From Salisapilia sapeloensis CBS 127946 (taxonomy: Eukaryota; Protista; Oomycota), in the NCBI GenBank assembly GCA_023334545.1, contig JAADVB010000180.1:1-38846 (forward strand): 38,846 bases of DNA, given 5' to 3'. Made by a program: the position numbers and the translations under genes. Positions 30,501 to 38,846 of the stretch are shown one piece after another. Each line of letters starts with the position of its first letter. The stretch's first letter is position 1. The notes under the pieces are model-generated. The model saw only the letters and a list, made by a program, of their open reading frames with translations, made no database searches and was not told the origin of the DNA.

Positions 30501-31329
30501 TGCGAGCAGTTATTCGTCCCTCGGAAGAAGACATGCAAACGCTTCCCAGAAAGTTGGTGCGACCACGAGGATCTACCAAGGAGAATTTTTTGGTCACAAC
30601 GAATCATTCGATAATGAGATTGCGAAGTATAACGTATTCGCACTGAAAGCCAGCGGCACATACCTTTTACCGAGGAAGTTTTTGGAGCATATAAAGCTTT
30701 ACTTTCCGGAAGTCATGACAGAAGTGAGTGCGCTCATTCTCAAGTCGGTTCAGAAACAGCAAACCAAGGTCCAGCGCGATCAAAACAATAACGCAGTATC
30801 GATCTTGGGGCAAAGGTCCGATACCTTTGGCAAAACCAGCGGTGGAAATGCGGACGAAAGCGAGTATTTACATGATAATTGTTCGGCGAACCAAAGCGGA
30901 CAAAACGACGTTGTCGAGATGAGTGTAGGTTCACCTCGAGATGATTCGACAGTAGGTAGAGCAAGTGTATCTAGCACGAAGGATGGCCCTGCTAGGAGTA
31001 TATTGGACGGACTTGCAGCTCGAGCTCAGGAAGACAAATCGGAGGCACACTCTAAAGATGAAGTTGAGCACGAACTGCACATCAAGTCAGTGCCAAGAAC
31101 CAGAAGAAGATCATCGCATCGAGTTGCTGTAAATGATTTGAGCGTCATGGACCTGTCTTCGGATGAAGACAAAAAGCGAAGGCAGCAATTACTACGATCC
31201 GTCATACCAATGGCTCCACGGCAGTCGGTGGATCATAGAAGGATCGATGACATTGTTGATAGATTGCTTTCAGGTGATGGATATATAAGTCCTCGCGAAG
31301 ATCCGAGCGAACCACCGAGCACGCCATGA
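27523..31329 (+). CDS. Two-repeat (2 x [6TM + C-linker + CNBD]) cyclic-nucleotide-binding-domain K+ channel (KCNH/HCN/CNG superfamily)
   Basis: Repeat 1: WKVKWD, S4 FRTVRLFRLLKLIRVLRLKR, pore SFYWVANTMMSVGYGDI (GYG 28411-28419), CNBD. Repeat 2: WRIAWD, S4 FRTIKLIKLLRLMRISK, pore SLYWAATTMTTVGFGDI (GFG 29971-29979), CNBD. Start at ATG 27523 or 27538. Confidence 0.92.
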   Translation: MKVGNMDYPPSGARPMRPPPHPGQPLRTFVHKSARSLLQHVRKIGPGRKDLRNANPKTIRSMRRVHRDFESVKPLPSNLVQQDYGWVITPKAAWKVKWDLWIGLIIVYTIILVPYRIGFAIELEQWEQILNYLFDASFGLDMVLTFFTGFYDDDVFVYQYGKIARRYFQSWFFVDLVSCLPLDSLIEAASTGNSSLLSFKLFRTVRLFRLLKLIRVLRLKRTFQTVQMNALNAHVLQTMRSLMVIIFIIHLVSCGWYMFYTWDTTGSNWVTGNYPDGLKHTYLVSFYWVANTMMSVGYGDITAVTDGERIYSIFVECLGSVCVGLIIANIQMLTDNLNPRGAEMNNKVQETKEFLSKSNIPRRMRQRIISQFEYHWNRRSVFDEDELLDKFPMSLQYEILASSMDSFVHTFPFFGATSVDFFIEVIPKLRPILLGPTQNLVDAESVWEEIYFICNGTVDALRGNLVVGSLTTGDICGIEYLVTDRKRYLHTYRSVSKTELYAIHSVDMIEALPKCEVAEHYLRDLSIILHDRYTESASRPRKPLVRQEGSLRSSKRKSQRGPELYAQYRHRKSYSAKHTLEQIHPFTASRINEEEDGPHWSIIRHYSKWRIAWDVFIGIQVAFIALSVPFRISFDLADTMHLIVLDRTADCCFLFDILISFFTSYVDETGVEVLNVVDIRKHYLKTTFLLDVISTIPFDVIVDSVASSEHLRSLMLFRTIKLIKLLRLMRISKLFKVAAQWASEFDVNTDTIRLLKILLPTFVIAHYVGCFWHYIAIDSLDDGWLKHSTPPLTEQNSTATRYIASLYWAATTMTTVGFGDIVAINIYEQVYSTIVMIGGTTVFAYVVGTVIEVVSNSKSLTNRERNMGQRVNEYIKERGVSSEFIKACHEHLRFLNGEKTLFNEKQLFDSLSHSLRSELILYLNNGILSNTRFFEKKPKWFLSLILPRMQPQYFLPGDLLIYNGNLVSGIFFLIHGVVIAKEPVKDEVTLPSTASSYSSLGRRHANASQKVGATTRIYQGEFFGHNESFDNEIAKYNVFALKASGTYLLPRKFLEHIKLYFPEVMTEVSALILKSVQKQQTKVQRDQNNNAVSILGQRSDTFGKTSGGNADESEYLHDNCSANQSGQNDVVEMSVGSPRDDSTVGRASVSSTKDGPARSILDGLAARAQEDKSEAHSKDEVEHELHIKSVPRTRRRSSHRVAVNDLSVMDLSSDEDKKRRQQLLRSVIPMAPRQSVDHRRIDDIVDRLLSGDGYISPREDPSEPPSTP

Positions 31330-31353
31330 TAAGAGAAATATAAAATGCTGTAT

Positions 31354-33878
31354 TTATGATTGTTCATCCACCTCATCCTCGTCCTCGTCCACGTCTTCGT
31401 CATCTTCTTCATTTGCCGCATCATAAACGCTCACACGACCTCTACGAGAGCCGACGACAACTAGACCTCGATCGCCACTTGCATCAAGTACCGGATATGT
31501 AGATGACAGATTAAAGTCAGTTGGAAAGTGTTCTACTTCCTGCTCACGGCAAGTCACAATGTCCGACTGCTCCAAGTGTCGCAACATACACGATGTAAAG
31601 TGTGAATATGGAGGTGTATAGTATGTACAACAGGAAAAAGACTGTACTTGAGTTGATGAAGTCGAGTCTGAAGTAAGCTTCAGTGCGCAGTCGTAGACAT
31701 AGATTACGTCTATATACAAATTACATTCTGGTTATTCAATCAAGCGACGCTGCATAGAGTATGAAAGCTACCTTTGTGATCACTATCTGTATCACTCTTT
31801 TCACATGTGATGGCAGCGATCCGAACTGTATGCGAAGCGGTTATAGCGTAGAATGCAAATGTCTCTAGTAGAACTCCAGTGCTGTAGAGCACAGCTTCCC
31901 ACGCGGTCATATCTTCTTGTATGACATGCCCGGTCTTCTGCCGTAGAATGAGAAGTGATCCATCCTTTTGAATAACACCCATCAGGGTCTCACGATCGCG
32001 ATGCTTACTCTCTGTATCGACGACATGACGAAGTGAACTCCACAGTGTTTCGATCGGATCGATCAGATCCGGACCGTCATCACTATCGCTTCCACTGTCA
32101 ACCATATCGTCCTCCGATGGCACAGGACCAACATAAAACTTGTGCGTTCGGATATTTGTTCCTAGATCTAAGGTGCTTTTGTCTCCACTAGTGACCATAC
32201 GACCAATTGTGCGAGTCACTTGCTGCATAAACTGAGACCATCCTTGATGTAACTGTTCCATATGCCGCATCGACCCGACACGACTCGATCCTTTGGTAAG
32301 CTTTCGTATCATTTCGGAGACAGTATTGCCAAACGTCGGCTCGACTTTAAATCTTTGCGTTTGGTCCTCTGAAAATGCATATGCGACCTTGGCAGCCCGT
32401 TGTAAAAACGCCTGAAGTCGATGTATGTTGGAAACATTCTCGGTGGAATGGAAAGATGGAGCAGTGTCTGAGCTTGACTGAGCTCGAATACAATTCGACA
32501 GCCATCGAAGAAGGATCTCAAAGTCCAAAGCCGTCGTATGCAAAGCCTTTACTAAACTCTCCATTTCCACAAGCATCTCTCGACATCCATGAAGAAGCAT
32601 CTCTATAGAACTATCGTCTAAAGCAAAGACATTATTCTCCTTCTTTTCATTCCATCGAACTCGTCCACGAAGCTCTCCTAAATGGAAGAGCATTACTTCT
32701 AAACCACTTTTGATCTTGTCTCGTATGAGCTCCATTAAAGTCGAGCAGCCGCTCGACATTGCTTTCTGCATACGAACAATACTCATTTCCTGAATGTCCT
32801 GAGCAAAATACTGTTCCAACGGTGGCGTCATTACGCCTGTCATCGACGCTGACAGCATATCCATCTGAGGTGCCGTGTCGCGACCATACTTTTCGTACAC
32901 GGAACCGAGTAGCCCCATCTTGAGCTCAAAAATTCTTGTCGCGTTCTTCCACTCAGTCACGACTTTTTTGCAGGCTGCATCAGCTGCTTCCAATGCTTCG
33001 TCTACCTCCTTAGCAACATGTGCGATGGACGCGACATCCTGCATGGCTGTCTGCATCGCACGTAGTTCGACAGATATAAGATGGTAGTCGGTCTCGACAT
33101 TAGCTTGAGATATATGGAAGATAACATGCAGCATGGAGAGATCTTGGGATACATAAGCGCCATCAGCAACACGTGAGACTTCTTCATTAACCTCCTGCGT
33201 TGGGCTGTCGAGTAAGTCTTCGATGTGAAGCATCGTTAAACACAGTTCTCCATCCCACCAGATACCAATGTATCCCTGCTCATCAACACTGGTCAATATA
33301 TTCATCTGTTCCTTTGATTTGATAGCTTTCGTATGGCGTTCGCCGCCAGAAGTGACATGCTGCAGCAGCCGGGATGACCGGTCCAACAATGGGTTATCCA
33401 GATCAGAGCTAATGCTATTATTTACTGCCAAAATTGAAGTCCAATATAATGAAGTAATTGTATGCTGATGACAAGGACGCGATGTATGACGTGAGGTACC
33501 ACACGATGCTGTTTGCTGCCCTGTTTCGATGTCATATACAACAAGATTACCATCTTCTCCACCTACAGCGAGAAAGAGTCCATTCGGGCTCCATTCCAGT
33601 GCGACGATGTCAAATAAAGCGTCCGACGCAGCGACAGAAACTAACTTTTGCCATGAAGTAGCTCGCTGTATCCATACATAATACAATAAGTATCGTAAGG
33701 AGTAGTCGAATCAACCTTGTAAACTTACATGCACTGCAAGACTACCGTCCTCGGTTAGTACTGCAATCAGGTCCATAGATGGACAACATTTTAGAAGACG
33801 AGCATTTGCGTAGTGCTCTTCAAGAACTGCGAGCGCCGGTGCCGATGCCATTGGGCTCGTTTGCTGATTAGTGTCCAT
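31354..33878 (-). CDS. ANAPC4: Anaphase-promoting complex subunit 4; multi-exon
   Basis: N-terminal exon (ATG 33878) CCPSMDLIAVLTEDGSLAVH, then RATSWQKL...LEWSPNGLFLAVGGEDGNLVVYD (APC4 WD40); helical long domain; terminal RGLVVVGSRRGRVSVYD plus acidic tail. Confidence 0.8.
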
Positions 33879-33942
33879 TTTCGTGTCCGAAATATACTAA
33901 ATGCCACTTCAATGTTATACCTATAGTCAACCTATAGCCAAA

Positions 33943-35414
33943 CTATATCTTTTCTTGATTCGTTTTAGGATGTTTTACAAGCGCATGCTTTTCTCTAGAC
34001 GTTGTCGAGCTCTGCTTGATAGGTATACGCTTTGCCTTTTGGGTTGTAGTTTGTTCCGGTCGCTGTCGAGCACTGCCGAGTAGTGGCGGCAGTACAGTGC
34101 CGGTAGAGTCTTTATCAGTTTTCCTTTTTAACTTTCCTTCCTTAGATAGTCGTGAGATATTCGCGTGAGTTTTTGTTCCACTCGCCTTTTTGGCTTCTTT
34201 ACTAGGAGAGGCATTCAACAAAAACTCCATGGTGATCCCTCTAGTCAACAATGCTTCTTCCACGAGTTTCAACTTGTCCTGGACCTCTGTCTGTGCCATT
34301 TCAGCTTTCACTGCACGCGTGTCGGCAGCATCAATCGTAGTTTGAATATCATTAAGCAGCTTTACAACTTTGGCCCTTTCAAATGAAGTAGAAAGCTGGT
34401 CTTCCCTGCTAAGCAAACTTCTTTCTTCCACTGCCCTCAGCTTCTCTTTCATTTCCGTAATGGTTCCACGCATTGCTTGAATTTTCTCCATAGTTGCTCC
34501 TAGCTCATCCTCGTACAGCATTTGAAGTCTATCGCTGATGTGCTGCCATTGGCATCTTTGTAACTCCCATGATCCCTTTTCCCTCAGGGACTGTTCTAGA
34601 TCCATCCGGAGATTTTCGATGGTCTTCTTGCTCTCCTGATTATGCTCAACGAAAGCATGCTCTTTTGCGTCTAGCTTTTGCTTCCATTCTCTAGTTATAC
34701 GCTGTCTTTCGCTTTCTACTTTCGCTTTAAGCTGTGACACTAAGGCTGTTTCCTGTTTAAGCAAGTCTTTCGTTTTAGTTAGCTCCTCACGTTCACTCAC
34801 TCCTTTCTTTTTCTCACTATTTCGTTCTCGAAGAGCTTTGTTTAATTTGTCTTTTGTTTCCGCCGCAGTTTGCCTGAACTTGCTCAGTTCATCCTTGGAC
34901 GTTACCAGTTCTTTATCTTTTGCCTCCAAAGCCTTTGTCAGTTGGTCAATTTGATTATTCTGAGCCTCAGCAGTTTGAAGAGCAGCAACCTTCTCTTCTT
35001 GCAGACTAGTTATTTCACCATTCAACTTGTTTATCTTTTGTTCGAACTTCCTTTCCATCGACTTTACCTTCTTTGATTCGGTCTCCACCTTCTCAGCTTG
35101 TCTAGCACCGACAGAGGCAATATGCTGTTGTGTTTGAGCCTTGAGCTCTTCCTTTTCTTGTCGAAGCAATACAAGCTCCTTTTTTAATTCTCGAGCTTCA
35201 TGAACAGCTCGCTTCATCGTACTTTCAACTGCTTTGCGCGCTTCAATTTCAGATCGAAGGCGGCATTTAACCAGTTTCTACTCGCCAGAAGCATGAGCAA
35301 AAGCAGTAAAGAGCATCAAATCTAGGTGACGGTAAAATGTACCTCGATGTCATCCTGCTGTTGCTTTCGACTTGCTGAAGACAGAATCGTCGACGGCACA
35401 TCTTGCTCCTTCAT
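33943..35414 (-). CDS. Long coiled-coil protein of unknown function; 2 exons
   Basis: ATG 35414 (MKEQDVPST...QDDIE) spliced to KLVKCRLRSEIEARK...MKRAVHEARE; ~330 aa E/K/Q-rich heptad region and basic C-terminal tail. Confidence 0.75.
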
Positions 35415-35482
35415 GCTGTCGATACAAAAATAGACTTCGTACGAGTCGTTGTAGCTACTGCACTCAAGTACGAGTAGTCGAA

Positions 35483-36465
35483 ATGGCTTTTAATGCTACC
35501 ATTCGCAGTGCAGATGAGTTTAAAATGAAGTCAGGAACAGGTCCACCTTTAGTTTTCCTCGACATTAGTGTTGGTGATCAACCTTCAAGGCGACTACGCA
35601 TCGAGGTTCGCAATCGTATAAAATCCATCAGCTATCTTGCATGCTCTTATCTCAGTATATGCAGCTCTTACATGAAGAGCTTCCAGACACATCGGAGAAT
35701 TTTCGGATGCTCTGCACAGGTTTATCCAGCATTGGATCTCTCTGGATACCAGTACTTGTGAACGTGTACTATGGTGTGATATAGGTGAACGTAAAGGAAG
35801 CGCCAAAGTGGGGTCGTTATGGTATAAACGCACTCGTTTCCACCGAATCATTCCAAGCTTCATGATGCAAGGAGGCGACATTACCCATGGTTGCCTCGAT
35901 CGAGTAGCACGATACTTGCCATCGATATTGACGATGCCTTATTCTCTAGGTAATGGATTTGGTGGGATGTCTGCCTTCTTCACTGCTTTCGACGATGAGG
36001 TATACTCCCTTATCACGCTTGCATTCGAGTCTGTCTAAGACCAGCTATATGATCCCCTGCTAGAGCTTTTACTTTAAGGTAGCTTTCCTTGGAATAAGTC
36101 ATGCTTGTCAAAGCACTTCACATTGGATAGTAGCACCAGAAAGGATCGGTATCGATGGCTCATCAAGATTCGACCAACAAATCACAATTCTTTATCTGCT
36201 TCGAACCGGTACGACGTCTTTATTAGCGTAGTCTCCACCATAGTAACCTCTCTATCAGGCTAGTTGGTGTGATGGGAAGCACACTGTTTTCGGTCAAGTC
36301 ATCGCGGATGATCTCGAGCATCTCATTTACTTTTCTGAAGTCGGGTCACGATACGGACGGCCTTTGCATCCTGTTGTTATCACCGATGCAGGACAGCTAA
36401 CTGGTCAAGGCTTTCCAGAGGAAGTTACAAAACAAGGTTTAAAAGACGAAAGCGATTTGTATTAG
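35483..36465 (+). CDS. Cyclophilin-type peptidyl-prolyl isomerase; 7 exons including a 15 nt micro-exon
   Basis: Spliced product VFLDISVG...IE/LLHEELPDTSENFRMLCTG...FHRIIPSFMMQGGDITHG/NGFGG...FDDE/SFYFK/HQKGSVSMAH...SQFFIC...WCDGKHTVFGQV...VITDAGQL; stop 36463-36465. Confidence 0.9.
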
Positions 36466-36523
36466 AATCGAATGAACGCGTAAGCTTTATGAGTGTAAGT
36501 AGCTACAATTGTTCCTCGCGCGT

Positions 36524-38494
36524 CTAGTTATACGGATCTGCCATGTCAAAGTATAGATCAGAAGCGATGTTGCCTTGACCAAAGTCAATACCAACGACCT
36601 CATCCACACATGACGTATCGACCTTGTCCAGCACTCCACCCTGTTTGACATACGATGCTAAAATTCGAGCTGCACAAGTCGCTCCGCCCATGCGCATCGG
36701 TGTCGTGAACACAGTGCAATGCGTCGCATCATCAAAGCGCACCAGCATAGCAGGTCCGTCCATATTGTTGTACTGGAGATACCCATAGTCTTCTCTCGTC
36801 TGAACATCCATCCCACCTGACATGAGCAGTGCCGTCGCCTGCGATGGTAACTTGGCCGTTTCGTTCCAGTACTCATCACGCTCATACACCAGTGGCTTCG
36901 ACTTAGGCAAGTTCACCAAGTCGGTGCATGCCTGCTCCTTGCTACCAGTAAACAGGCAATAGTAAGGCAGCGTCTGGTAGTTATAGGAGCCTACGATCCC
37001 CTCTTCGAACCACTCAATCAACGTTTCCTTGTCAGGCGTCGGGTGTTCCCACATCTCGGAGAAGACAATCACGTAGTACAACATCTCTGACATGTACATG
37101 ACGTCTTCGTAGCCTTCATCCGGCGAATCCTCTCCTCCCATCACTTCTACCAACACTTCAAACGCCTCTACATCTTTCTCTGAGCATCTATTCGCGCGGT
37201 AGATGATAGCAGGTATGAGGGGCTGAGCCGACTGATCAAGCAAGAGTTCTCCAATGACAAAGCGCAAAAAGTATGACGGGCGTTTCTCCGTCCCACTCGC
37301 CAACACATCAGCACATTCGTTCGATCCAGGATGGTTTTTATGAGCAGCATCTAGCTCTTGGTACAAGTCACGAGTGAACTTGGAGAGATCGTGGACGCCA
37401 GGGAACTTGGACTTGCAAAAGCTGTCTGCCATGCAATAGTCCAAGAAACGATCGCCGACAGATGTCATGTCGTGATCCCAATTCGAGTACGTCGACCTCT
37501 CTTCAATCGTCTTTCCAGACTCAGATACGATGCCATCGATCGCATAGCCGATCACAGGAGCTGGTGCGAGGTGGATGAGTCTCTCCGTCAAGTACGTCCC
37601 ATAGCTCAATCCATAGACAAAGACATCCATATCGCTTTGGTATTTCTCAATAACAAGTTGCAAATCGGTTGCAGCACTCGTGACGGAAAAAGCTTCCGTG
37701 TGGTTGTCAATTTGGAAGCGAACGTCCTCAATGCATTCTGGCACCTCATTGATAGACAGCTGAGGTCCATCCGGACTACCGATGTTCATCGCTCCGACGG
37801 CGGAGCATTCAAGACGATGACTACGAGCGGTGCCACGATGGTCCATCGTGTAGATGCTGACAGCACCATCTAGTTCCGAGTACATGGTCTCCATCAAACT
37901 TTCCATCGCTGAAGACGACGCACCTGGACCTCCTTGCAGCACCCACAGAGCTTTCGGCTTTTCACCTTTTGGTATTTTATTCTCATCAGCTACTACTCGC
38001 TTCACGAAGAGATCGATCTCCTTATCACTGGAGCATATTCCTTCATGGCACATTGGCACACGTACTTGAGCACATTCATACTTGGATGATTCGTATGAGT
38101 CAGTATAACCTGTCGCTTTCTTTTCATGATGCCGTTTGTGATGATGCTTGTGATGGTGCTTGTGATGCGGATGCTTACTATCCTTTAGCTGCGTGTAGAG
38201 ACTCTCTGCTCCATGCATCACCTCCTTTGCTTGCTTTAAAAATGGAAATCTACTCGTCAATTTCTCATGAGACTGCAGTCGCCGATGCCCAGAAGATGTC
38301 TCGAGATAGTAGTCCTCGTCACGCGAATCATCCTCCCATCGCTGGTCTTTGCCAAAGGTGGACGGCCCACACTTGTACCAGCCATTGAGCTCAATATCCG
38401 AATTCTTCTCTCCACTGACCTCTGCACTGGATGGAGTCACAGCTAGCAATACTGCTGATGCAATGGCAGCAAACGTCAAGGTGGGTGTCTTCAT
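36524..38494 (-). CDS. Secreted alpha/beta hydrolase (peptidase S33 / TAP-like)
   Basis: Signal peptide MKTPTLTFAAIASAVLLAVTPSSA; LQGGPG, DHRGT, nucleophile elbow YGLSYGT, acid SGGMD, His in ATHCT; single exon. Confidence 0.88.
   Translation of the reverse strand: MKTPTLTFAAIASAVLLAVTPSSAEVSGEKNSDIELNGWYKCGPSTFGKDQRWEDDSRDEDYYLETSSGHRRLQSHEKLTSRFPFLKQAKEVMHGAESLYTQLKDSKHPHHKHHHKHHHKRHHEKKATGYTDSYESSKYECAQVRVPMCHEGICSSDKEIDLFVKRVVADENKIPKGEKPKALWVLQGGPGASSSAMESLMETMYSELDGAVSIYTMDHRGTARSHRLECSAVGAMNIGSPDGPQLSINEVPECIEDVRFQIDNHTEAFSVTSAATDLQLVIEKYQSDMDVFVYGLSYGTYLTERLIHLAPAPVIGYAIDGIVSESGKTIEERSTYSNWDHDMTSVGDRFLDYCMADSFCKSKFPGVHDLSKFTRDLYQELDAAHKNHPGSNECADVLASGTEKRPSYFLRFVIGELLLDQSAQPLIPAIIYRANRCSEKDVEAFEVLVEVMGGEDSPDEGYEDVMYMSEMLYYVIVFSEMWEHPTPDKETLIEWFEEGIVGSYNYQTLPYYCLFTGSKEQACTDLVNLPKSKPLVYERDEYWNETAKLPSQATALLMSGGMDVQTREDYGYLQYNNMDGPAMLVRFDDATHCTVFTTPMRMGGATCAARILASYVKQGGVLDKVDTSCVDEVVGIDFGQGNIASDLYFDMADPYN
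38126..38173 (-). repeat. Coding His/Lys repeat (HPHHKHHHKHHHKRHH)
   Basis: Imperfect 12 nt units on the plus strand (gtgatgatgctt/gtgatggtgctt); 11 His in 16 codons within the hydrolase ORF. Confidence 0.9.
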
Positions 38495-38846
38495 CTACTT
38501 GATAAATCGGAACTGAGCTACTCATGCAGCCTCTACCTCGATGGATTTTTGAACCCATCTCGTACCTATCTCGTACCTGTATCTTGAAAGGTAGCACATC
38601 ACATGGGTAAAGGTCCTACGGACTATGGAGGGTGCTGGCTACGCTTTCTTTATCTGATACTGGATTAATCGGTAAGTTGACGGATGCGATGGAAAGTAGT
38701 GGGTATATGGCAAAATCTAGCTTTCCATTCATTGCTCTTGAGCTGCTTGTGTGTGCGTGCAGTCCCGAGCGTACGCTTGATGGAGGCACAAGGCGAAGCA
38801 ACTGCATTATCGACACTAGACTAGAGGCGTGTTCTCGTTGGCGCGA

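Noticed and set aside
37358-37873. 171 aa plus-strand ORF
   Set aside because: Antisense to the hydrolase CDS; no independent evidence.
38270-38290. HRRLQ as an RxLR effector motif
   Set aside because: It is RRLQ, not RxLR, with no following dEER, and the protein is a full-length hydrolase.
38616-38816. 66 aa minus-strand ORF at the window edge
   Set aside because: May be the last exon of a gene outside the window, but no motif and the frame is ambiguous.
1-38846. CRISPR arrays, rRNA/tRNA genes, transposons, SECIS or other structured RNAs
   Set aside because: No spaced direct-repeat array, terminal repeats, transposase/RT motifs or recognisable RNA gene seen by eye; covariance-model searches were not possible.

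Overview
Eukaryotic, very gene-dense genomic DNA, most likely an oomycete (inferred from the gene families, the flagellar gene CFAP20DC and 50-69 nt GT-AG introns; no database search was possible). I can support 21 protein-coding genes plus one unresolved 1.2 kb gene-sized interval. Many are spliced, so the ORF track fragments them, and one (an FHA-domain gene, 4907-5724) is absent from it. Housekeeping genes include PDCD2L/TSR4, MIC10, YEATS4/YAF9, an SLC35B-type transporter, SERINC, PIG-G, eIF5A, ADF/cofilin, a gamma-butyrobetaine dioxygenase-like enzyme, trehalose-phosphate phosphatase, SRP54, APC4 and a cyclophilin. I saw no rRNA, tRNA, CRISPR array or mobile element. The best candidate for an undescribed system is 8631-10853: a pore-less S1-S4 voltage-sensor domain fused to an intact class I cyclic-nucleotide phosphodiesterase, i.e. 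a putative voltage-sensing PDE. Also notable are a two-repeat GYG/GFG K+ channel with degenerate cyclic-nucleotide-binding domains, a mitochondrial Zn-finger plus RAP-domain protein, and extreme intergenic compaction. All gene models were spliced by hand and need RNA-seq confirmation.
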